The position numbers and the translations under genes were made by a program. A DNA stretch of 63,818 nt, counting the filler, from Sluysia triapertura (Eukaryota), in the NCBI GenBank assembly GCA_046118255.1. It is 5 parts of 5 records of this genome, joined end to end, with 100 filler letters (N's around TTAATTAATTAA, not from the genome) between each part and the next. Parts side by side here need not be neighbours in the genome. Positions count along the whole stretch, not along the records: positions 52,833 to 63,818 come from JBJNIA010190563.1; 4 more parts are not named here. The stretch is one strand, 5' to 3'. Of this stretch, positions 53,961-63,818 are shown piece after piece. The notes below the pieces were generated by a model. The model was not told the DNA's origin and did not search any database. It saw only the letters and a list, made by a program, of their open reading frames with translations. Position 1 is the first letter of the stretch. Every line of letters starts with the position of its first letter.

Positions 53961-56134
53961 GTAAAAATACTATAATTGGGTTTGTAGACCTCCTTACATG
54001 TGAAATTTCAATTTATTTTAATTATTCATATTTATAATCGTCTCATTATTAATTCGTGTCTTTGCACTTTGATGTTCTACTTGTAAGTTCCACTATTCCT
54101 TCTTATTTATTTGAATGCATTTTTGGAATATTTATTTATTTTAAAAGTTGTTTAAATTATTAAAAATCGTTTAAATTATTATTAAAAAAACAATATTTCA
54201 AGTAAAAACATTTTAATGTTTCAACTTCAAAAATTGAAACTATTGAATAATAAAGAAAAATCTGACCAATTGAAATATATAAGGTTTTATCAAATTGTAA
54301 ATTTCGTCCTTTTTTGCAGTAGATTAATAAATTATCTTCCTGTTAGAATTTTTTAAAATTTTTAATTACTTTATTTTTTGTTTTTTTTTAAATTTTAAAG
54401 TGTTGGCAAAATAACATATCTATCTGATTTACAACTCTTAAATTTCATTGGCTTCTAATATTACATAATATAAAATGTTACCTAAATGCTTATTTTTGTC
54501 AGGTGTCAAACTATTATTATAATAAAAAAAATATTTACTTTTAAATTCTATTGAATGATGATTTGATAGGTATTTAAATAAATTTTAGTAGTTGAAAGTT
54601 GATCAGTCACAAAACTTTTGACAATTTGAACAATTTAAGTTTAATAAATAATGTTAGTATAAAAATGGTTCAGTGATGATTTCAAGATTTTATGTCTTTA
54701 ATAATGGCCTACTTTACTTATATATGCTAGAATTATAACATGAGTTTAAGATGGTTAATTCTAACACAATAATAATAATAACTAGAGTTTACTTCTCGCT
54801 CATCTCTGGTGGAAGAGATGGAAGTGTAATATTAGGTATGTGATTTAAGGACTCGAGTTCTTATCCTCTTGTCTAGCTAGTAACTAAAACGTACTAGTTT
54901 AAAATTTTTATTCACACTAATCAAAATATATTAAAACGTCGATTCGAATTGTCAACTGAATAATTATAAAACAGATAATTGTAAAACTAGCAAAAAAAAT
55001 TTACAGTATTGACAACACTAGGGATAAAATGGTTATACAATATTAAATACAAATCAACATTAACGAATATAAAAAAACAAAATAGTAAAACGTTTTAATG
55101 TTGATAAAATAATATAGTTACAAATACCACACGTAATCGAGATACTTTTCAAATTTAGAAAAATTTTATGTTATAATTATTCAAATATTATCCCTACAAA
55201 TTAACAAATTAAAATCAAAATTGTTACAAAGAAAATAATCAAATTATACCTCGCGATCAGCGTCTTAATATGGTTTAATAACTTTTTTGTGTCAAATGTT
55301 AAATGTATTTCACTATCTTCTTCAGAACCAAATATTCACGTACCAAACGTTGATGTACCTTCACAATCGAATAAATGATATCAAATATTAATGTACCAAC
55401 ACAATCGAAGTAATGTACCTTCACAATCAATCGTTTATTTATATACACTTTATAAAGTAATAATTTTTGTGTTTTTTGTATTAAAATAATAAACTTTATA
55501 TTCTTCTTTCTCTATTCTAATTTATTTATTACATATTTATTATTATTTTGTATTATATACGTTAACTATTATTTTTCTCATAAAATACTAATCTTTATGA
55601 ATATTGTGCCTCTATTATTGTTCTTTCATTGACAATTTACTATAAGTTGATTTGAATAAAATAATAACGATGATAACAGTAGGCTTTTGTTATTACTTTT
55701 TACTATTACAATAGATACCATTACTATTATAGTTGCTTAGGACCATTGGGATATATGGTTCCTGCAATAAATATTTATTCGATTATTCTTCTTTGTAATG
55801 TAATATTCTGTATAGCGTAATTTTGTTTTACAATTTTTTTAAATTTTGATTTTTGTAATTTAATTTTAATTTTAAAATTTACATATTTTAATTAACGTTA
55901 ATGTAACGTAACATTCATTTGCAAATATAAACTTAACATTTAAAATATTAACTTTAAAATATTGACTAAAACATTAAATCAACAATAACAAAGTAAATAA
56001 AAATAATTAATATAATATTATTTCTAAGTTTACATGATTTGGAGCTTCTTCAACATTTACTATCTGAATTGCAAAACGATTAAAGTTAACTTTATTCTAG
56101 AGTTGGAATTTGATCAGTCACAAAACTTTTAACA

Positions 56135-57316
56135 TTAGTGTTGTGATGGCCGGTATAAGTTATAATTGGAATTAAAATTAGATTTATAAAGTTTATAATT
56201 AGACGTTATTAGATTTGAAACATTAAAAATTAACGAAATGAAATAAACAATATAGTAGTTATATTCACATGTAAAAATAAAATAAAGATTTAAATTACAA
56301 AAACGTTTGTAGTAATACAGCAATTTAGGCTTCCAAAGCCCATACATTTCACTTGTTTTAGTAAAAAAGACAATATTGAGCAACTGTCCAAATGTTCGTA
56401 CGCAGTCACGATCGGAGGGCCAGAGTAGAGTATCGCACTGTATGCATTGTTCCAAAACATAAGGGCACGCGTATGCCGATGTAATATTACGATCAAAATT
56501 AAAATACTCTATGTCATCTTTATGAAAATCAGCTTTAAAATACTTTATATTATCTTTATCAAGTTCAACTCTAAAATTCTCTATGTGACCTTTATCAAGA
56601 GCAGCTTTAAAATACTTTATATTATCTTTAACAAGTTCAACTTTAAAATACTCTATGTTATCTTTATAAAAATCAACTTTAAAATACTTTATATTATCTT
56701 TATCAAGTTCAACTTTAAAATGTTCTATGTGATCTTTATCAAGATCAGCTTTAAAATACTTTATATTATCTTTAACAAATTCAACTCCAAAATGCTCCAT
56801 GTGATCCTTATCAAGATCAGCTTCAAAACAATCTATATTATCTTTAACAACCATTTCAAATAACAATTTTAAGATGCTTTTAGATACAGTCTTGAAATCA
56901 CTACCGCACTCACCGTCTTTCATACACACGCAGGTATAATCTTTATCATCATCTACGTATAATACTAAATCATTACCAAGGTCTTTGCAAGTGCTGATAT
57001 TATTGTAATCTTGGCTATTTTCTTTATCAAAATCTTGTAAAACTTCATTAAATTCTCCGCATCCGATTTTCTGACCGAATGACAATCCATCAGCCGAAAT
57101 AGCAAAGTCTCCCGAATCAAGTTGAGCAAACCATTTAAGATCCATTTTGTTCAGCTTACAGCACAAACCGTCTGAATCATCTTGAGAGTGCTTTATTAAA
57201 TCTTCAACTGTATTAAACCATAAATCTTCATCTAACGTGTAAGCAGAAGTATCCATGTGTCTCATAAACTTTAGCTGGAACATTTTGAAAGTTTTTGAAA
57301 AAATTTTGAAATTCAT
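56135..57316 (-). CDS. 393-aa chimeric ORF: Csk-like SH2 tail and kinase N-lobe start, acidic segment, 12-aa tandem repeats, possible kinase C-terminal remnant
   Basis: YTLDEDLWFNTVEDLIKHSQDDSDGLCCKL...FAISADGLSFGQKIGCGEFNEVL (57241-57038) aligns with Csk [29 protein letters not shown]...[22 protein letters not shown]. The catalytic core is absent. This is the longest ORF in the window; expression is unknown. Confidence 0.6.
   Translation of the reverse strand: MNFKIFSKTFKMFQLKFMRHMDTSAYTLDEDLWFNTVEDLIKHSQDDSDGLCCKLNKMDLKWFAQLDSGDFAISADGLSFGQKIGCGEFNEVLQDFDKENSQDYNNISTCKDLGNDLVLYVDDDKDYTCVCMKDGECGSDFKTVSKSILKLLFEMVVKDNIDCFEADLDKDHMEHFGVEFVKDNIKYFKADLDKDHIEHFKVELDKDNIKYFKVDFYKDNIEYFKVELVKDNIKYFKAALDKGHIENFRVELDKDNIKYFKADFHKDDIEYFNFDRNITSAYACPYVLEQCIQCDTLLWPSDRDCVRTFGQLLNIVFFTKTSEMYGLWKPKLLYYYKRFCNLNLYFIFTCEYNYYIVYFISLIFNVSNLITSNYKLYKSNFNSNYNLYRPSQH
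56492..56851 (-). repeat. 36-bp tandem repeat x10 (consensus LDKDNIKYFKVE) with a 144-bp higher-order period
   Basis: Ten 12-aa units; units 3-6 are duplicated as units 7-10. Confidence 0.92.
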
Positions 57317-60300
57317 ATTTTGTATATAGTTTTTGACCTTTGTTATGAACCTTCATTAGTTCAAAAAAACAAAAAACAAAAATACATAAAATAAAATAAA
57401 TAATAATAATAATGATAATAATAATGATAATGGTAATTATGAAAGTAATAATAATATTAATAATTATAGACATTGTAAAGTTCCTAGTAAAAATAATTAC
57501 ACAAAGAAAAATAAGCAATAATCAATAATTACAATAAGGTGGAAAATTTTGATAATCACAAAAAACAATTTGAAAATATAATAAACTGAAACTATGCAAA
57601 TCATAATTACCAAACAAATAATATTGGCATGACTAAATAAATCTCAACACTAAAATAACGATTTGCTTTATAAATTTTATACCTCAACATTATTAAATAA
57701 GATTAAGAATAAGAATTTTAAATCGGCATTACAAATATTATCAAAAATTAAAAATTTCATTTAGACTTTGTTATTTTAGTGTGAAACTAGTAACATTTTC
57801 TCTTCAATACACAAATATGAAAATATTAAATCTAGTCAGTATTCAATTACTACATCTCAATAAATATCAATAAAATAAATAAAATCAGTTTAACAAAGTT
57901 ATTAATTATATATTAAATTGAGATTTAAAACTATGACAATAGTACAAGTAATTTTCGATTTTAATAATTTTAATCAAATTATTTATTTCTAATTTGACAG
58001 TTTTGAATATATTTATATTCTGTTTTTAATGTAATTTTAATAGTAATGTCAAAAATTTTCTAGTTGTTTAAAATATTTTTAATCTATAAAATTAAATATT
58101 CAAAATGTTTTTCGTACAAGACTATTATTAGACTTTATGCATTTATGCAGTTGAAATATTTTATTAATATTTATTAAATGTTTAAAACTTGAATTATTCC
58201 ACAAAATTATACGTATACATAAAAAACGTGTACTGTTATCATTTAAGTAATCATGTAAATAAATGAACTGTGCAACTAATTGGTGCACAGGAAATGCACT
58301 AGATATTATAAAACATTTCTACATGTTTATGGTTAAACCAATATACAAAATGAAACCTATGCCACTGCCAAACATACATACAAACATACCAAGATCGCTT
58401 TCATCATACTGTATAATAAAATAAACGCAAAAACACAATCTTTGGTCGTCAAAACTATTTTGCCAAAACTTATTTTAAGATGTGAAATCAATACACATTT
58501 TTATCACATAAGCAAAACTATACAATACAAATATAATAAAATTTGAATAAGAGTAATAATTTGAAAGACAATAGTTAAAAATGACAGTAGTAGATAGTAA
58601 AAGAACACAAGCAAATTGGCATGTTTTTGGTTGATAGTAATAACTTAATTTTGATATATTGTTATTTACTTGTTGATGATATACAAGCAAATTTAAGAAA
58701 TGTAGTAATTAAGATTATTTATATAAATATTTAATGAATTTTATTTTAAAGATAAATTTTCATTATAAATTTTATTCAGTTTAAATAATCTATTCTATTT
58801 TTATCATTTGGTTCCAGTTCTGTATATCAATAACAAATTTTTATAGTGTGTATGTAAATATCTTTATTTTGTACTTGGAATGTGTGAGTTATAAAATATC
58901 AAAAATTTCGGATTATGGTTATGCGATGACAAAATTTATAAATTATTTTAACATGAATATCATTTATAAATTCATAATTTTTAATATTTCAGTACAAAAA
59001 ACAAAAAATAACTTAAGTTCAGTAGCAGAGATCTATTATTAATTTTACATATTCCTCATTTAAAAATTCAAAAATAAAATTAATAAAGTAAAAAAAGCAC
59101 CAAAAAATTAATTCTAACTCAATAGCAAACAATAATTATTACAAGCAAAGCAGTATAAAAACTTTTCTTATATAAGTATTTTACAAACTAATCATGTCAA
59201 AAAATATGAATTGACTTAGATAACATAAAAGTTAATGGAACGTTTAGCACTTCAAATACACACAAACATTAAAATTCAATTGTTAAAAATTAAGCATCAT
59301 TCATAAGGTACAAAATATGTTATAATAATAATAATAAATCTTTATCATCTTAAAAATTCATTTGATAACTCAATTAATCATATGAGTTCATAATTATAAA
59401 ACATTTTGACTTTTAGACTTATAATATTTGTTAATTAATTTAATAACAATGATATAAAGAAATTAATACTTGTTAAAACCAAAAATTATAAGAACTAAAA
59501 ATTTAAATTTCATCCAGTTGTGATTATGTTTCCTTATAGTAAACTCAATTATTATTTCATTACGGAGTTCTTTAATTATTGTTATTAAACTCACACAAGC
59601 AGTCTTAAAATGACAGATCACAGTAAAGCAATATGTTTGATAATTCGAATCTTTAGCAATTTATTTATTTGTAAAACAAAAATTACATTTAATAAAATAT
59701 AATAAAATTTATAAATAATTGATTAAAATTAAAACAAGACAAAACAAAACTTCATTCAATCATATTTCATAATTTTTAATCAATCATATTATTAAATGAT
59801 AAAGACTTTATAATGATATGAGTTAATGATGTCCTGTAAAATAAAAATATATACTTACTGGATAAATTTAAACAGAATTAAAATTAATCAATATAAAATA
59901 TGAGCATCAAATTTCATTAAAAAACAAAACCCTATTTAGGAATATACAAAAAATGAATGGAAACAAAATAATTTATTTGAGAAAACTCTAATGCCTTATT
60001 GCTGTTTGATATTTAATTTAAATTAAAGACACGTTATATACAATACATAAAAATTGTGGTTAGTCTATAAACGGATTGAAAGAGATTGTGGCTAATTAAA
60101 ACATTAAACTAAATTGAATAATACCTTTCCAATAAATTTACTCTTCAAATTTGATTTGTTTTATAATTAAATTTTAAAAACATATTTGGTAGAATAAGAC
60201 TTTATGTAAAAACATATTACTTATTGCTAAGTGAAAATTTAAAAAAATAATCTATGGAAAGGCTTTAAATACTGAATATTAAAATGAATCTTCTACGTTG

Positions 60301-61543
60301 TGAAATTATTTTAACAGTAAGTAATTGTTTAAAATTTTATATTAACTTATGACAGTGAGATCAATATATAATATAATCATAAATAGTTGCATTTAGAAAG
60401 ACATCGCTTTAAAATAAACTAAAGATTAGAACTTGGTTAGTAAATATGAACTTTACACCTGCAAAAATGAAAAATCAACTTAAAATTATTACTGACCGTG
60501 ATTTACAAGTCACGAATTAACCAAGCTCTAAGCATATCTAAATAATAATACATTGATATATTAATTACATATTTATTTTATCACGTTTACTAAATGGAAT
60601 TATTTTATAGTATACATTTAACAATGTTTTAAATAACCAAAAATTCATTACTTAACTTTATTTTATTCATTATTTTAACTTTTTTGTACAAGCATAATTT
60701 AAATATTTATTTTTTATTGTTGCGAACAAGTTAATAAATAATTTTTATCACTTTTGAAAATAGCATTACATATTAATTGCAAAATTTGCATTTGTAAAAC
60801 AAAATTATAGTAAAATAATTTTTACATTGATTTTGGTTATTTTTAAATTTAATTTAGCACATAGTAAGATTAATTCAGGATAATTGCAAACATACTCAAA
60901 ATAACACACGAAAGTCAATCAGTTAATAAATAAAAATTAATATGAACAGAAAGAACAAGTAAACACATTTTTCTTTAGCATTTTTTTAAATTATTTATTT
61001 ATAAATATATTATAATTAAAGGAAAGAATTACGGGTATACGATATATGTATAAATTAATAAAATAAATATCAATGTTTAACATAAATATGATTACTAATT
61101 TTTAGATTTAAAACACATTATGTAAAAATTGTTAATTATTCTTTGAGAAGAAGGCAAATTTAGGTACGAAAAGGAATATATTTAATACGATGCAATAAAA
61201 TGGTTTGAATGCAAAATACTTGGTCTCAATAATGTCTTTCATAAAGATTTTATTATGTATAATAAAAATGTTCATTATAATAAAGCATATACAATTACTA
61301 AATATTTTATATATATATATAAAATGAGCAGATTATAAATTGGATTTGCGCTTTAGTAATGAAATACTGGATAATTAATGAGAGCAACTGGTGGTCAAAT
61401 AAATAAGTCATTCTTACTTTCAAATAAAATGGAAAAGTGAGTTATACACTAAAACATAATCATTTGACTCACTATATGGATCTGTTTATAAAAAAGCTAT
61501 TGAGGATAATTCATGGGCTAATTCGAGGTAATTGTCATTAATC

Positions 61544-61585
<42 letters not shown>

Positions 61586-62024
61586 TAATAATAATATAAT
61601 AAAAATAATAATATAATAAAAATAAAAAAAATATTAAGCTTATTATAAAGTAATAAATTTAAAATAAGACCGAAAAAAGCAGATTGATTATGTTAAATTA
61701 ACCAATAAATATGCGCTAAATATTGGATTGATGAAAGTTGTAAGCGAGAACGTGAGAAAGTGAAAGAATGTGACTGAGAGTCTAAATTACATTTGAGAAC
61801 TTCAATTTTTTACAAGAGTGATTTCTAGTAACCGGACATATAAATGATCATATTAACAAGGCCATTGAAAATATAATGCTGGATATATGTAGATGATAAA
61901 AACGTGAGTCGAGGGAGACTGTAAGTGTATAAATGATCAATTAATCATCCAAAATTAGAAATAACTCAATGTTCGAGCGATTGAATAAAGTCGAAACAAA
62001 AGATCCAAAAACGGAAACAAAAAT

Positions 62025-62237
62025 TTAATTTGCACCATACAAATGACTGTAATAATCTTTAGAATTGATTATTTCAACATTAAGATTCGGTAACTTTTTT
62101 CGTATTTGTTCCATACAATAACATGCATCTCGGACATTGGATAATAACAGCAACATTGATTGGGTTTGTCCGACTACATGAAATTTAATTAGAGATCCAG
62201 TTTCTTCACAGATTGATTTAATAAAATCCACATAAAT
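62025..62237 (-). CDS. Probable terminal exon of an unidentified gene (possible RRM-like fold)
   Basis: A ttttttcAG acceptor is followed by an open frame IYVDFIKSICEETGSLIKFHVVGQTQSMLLLLSNVRDACYCMEQIRKKLPNLNVEII...* with globular composition. Confidence 0.45.
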   Translation of the reverse strand: MYVDFIKSICEETGSLIKFHVVGQTQSMLLLLSNVRDACYCMEQIRKKLPNLNVEIINSKDYYSHLYGAN

Positions 62238-62657
62238 CTGAAAAAATTATCATTAATTTAGCAGTTTGTATAAATTTTTTAGCCTAACGTGAATTTTTAA
62301 TAAATGATTTAGCTATTTAAGAATTATATAATAAGATTTATTTAATAATCAAACATTAACAAAGGTTTGATAAATTAATGCAGTTAATATCAATAATTTT
62401 AAACTTTTAATCGTGATTAAAAACCATCAAAAAATAATACTAAGAACAATCATAGAATATAAAAATTCTTACAATATAGTAAAAGTACCTTATTTAAAAA
62501 AAATTATATAAATTGAAAATTTTCTTTACCATTTATTTGCTAAATTGGAAAATATGATTGTATCCAAAGTTCGAAAAATTATTGAGTCATGAATATTTAT
62601 TATTTTATCTTCAATTTAAAGCAATTCAATCTATTTTAATAATATACTTTATATAAA

Positions 62658-63304
62658 CAGGGTGGCCCAGCGGGTATCCAATCGCCAATTTCTGTAAAAA
62701 GTGAAAATTTAGAATAAAATAAAGGTAAAAATACCAAAGAAAAATTTTTAAAGGTCCCATATATAAATATTAAGCAACCCAATTTTGTTACGAAAGTAAC
62801 TTATTTCAAGTCACATTATTTGTCAATCGGTATAGCTTGATTATTACATTATATATATATATTTATATATGAGGCGTACCTTTAAAAAAATTTTTGAGAG
62901 CCTTATAATCCGGTGGTTTACCAAATTTTTTCATGAGGCGCCTTACAGTCCAGAAAATAAGGTCGCATGAGACTTAACGCCAAAAGTGAAAAAATTTCTA
63001 CAAAAGGCAAATGTACAAATTAGAACATTTATCTAACCTTTCAAAAATTTTCGTAATTTGTTCAGAAACTTACTTTCTATTCGTTTCAGACCACTAGTTC
63101 TATAAAAATTTTCCGTAGTGATCAAGCTCTATTGATAGATACATATAATTTAACTAAAAATTTAGATTTATGTAATAAAATTTTGTTGCGCATTATTTAT
63201 ATGAAGGGACTCTCAAAAAATTTTCTTTGGTATTCTTGTGTTCCTTATAATGTAAATTTTCACTTTGCAGAAATTAGCCATTGCATATCCGTCGAACCAC
63301 GAAT
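62658..63304. mobile_element. Foldback/MITE with long (about 190 bp) degenerate terminal inverted repeats, CAGGGTG-type end
   Basis: 62660-62850 aligns to the reverse complement of 63110-63300 (AATTTCTG.AAAGTGAAAATTTA; AATACCAAAGAAAA; GTCCC...ATATAAATA; AGCTTGAT). Confidence 0.75.
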
Positions 63305-63818
63305 ACAATAATTCATTAAATGAGTAAATGAAACCTAACTTCATTTCAGAATGAAACTTTTGTAGAGTAATATTAAATACTAAAAATACATTTAGTACGT
63401 AACCGTTAATGTGCAAATAGTATAATATTAAAGTGATAATGCTTCAACAAATTTATTTTAAACAGTATTCTTTGATTGGTTTAGTGTTTTAATCTTTTAA
63501 CTGTGTAATTTACACTCTAAATACTATCATCGTGATGAAAAAACGCCAAGGCGCGATTTTAATTCAATTCTGTCTTCAAGTTTAATTACATGCTTTTTAA
63601 ATTTTATAGACACACTACATTTTTCATATAAGAGACATTTTATTTTAATTGTTTCTGAAAAGTGAAATGAGATTTATGAATAGATAAAGTCAATAAAAAA
63701 ATTTTTAATTTTGAAGGAATCAACAATTTCTCAGAATATATTCAAATTATATAAACATGCAAATTTTGAAATTTCTACTAAATGTCATTTAAATCATGCA
63801 GCTGCATATGAAAACTTA

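Noticed and set aside
56492-56851. 36-bp repeats as a CRISPR-like array
   Set aside because: Units are contiguous without unique spacers, are frame-preserving, and lie in a eukaryotic context with no cas genes.
56447-56863. 138-aa plus-strand ORF (also 33579-34060, 57228-57518, 19587-20464 plus)
   Set aside because: Antisense shadows of repetitive or GC-richer coding DNA, or of ATT microsatellites.
62647-62683. Apparent small exon IGDWIPAGPPCLYK and ORF 63213-63416
   Set aside because: Both lie in or over the inverted termini of the 62658-63304 MITE.

Overview
Very AT-rich eukaryotic (animal) genomic DNA. It is split into five pieces by 100-bp artificial spacers (44N-TTAATTAATTAA-44N) and has one ordinary 175-N gap, so adjacency across spacers is not trustworthy. 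Tropomyosin and adenylate-cyclase fragments look lophotrochozoan, probably flatworm-like (inference), and 31-40 nt mini-introns occur. Host genes: five 5' exons of NAD(P)HX epimerase (NAXE), one exon of a T-type (Cav3) calcium channel, and a probable terminal exon of an unknown gene. Most of the window is mobile-element debris. (1) The 3' half of a decayed env-bearing retroelement has a chuvirus-like glycoprotein running directly into a C-terminal retropepsin and a dUTPase-like tail. (2) A GC-richer island encodes a Ulp1/C48 protease (NeSL-like). (3) There are two deleted mariners, an L2/CR1 RT scrap, MITEs and LTR-like units. (4) A recurring unit consists of a G-depleted leader followed by variable cargo. 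Intronless host-gene pieces (tropomyosin plus EF-hand, adenylate cyclase, and Csk fused in frame to a 36-bp tandem array) suggest a gene-fragment-capturing element family. (5) A repeat family carries a hairpin with compensatory substitutions and an array of ATTTTACT-anchored hairpins. All protein identifications are by eye from recalled motifs; no database searches were run.
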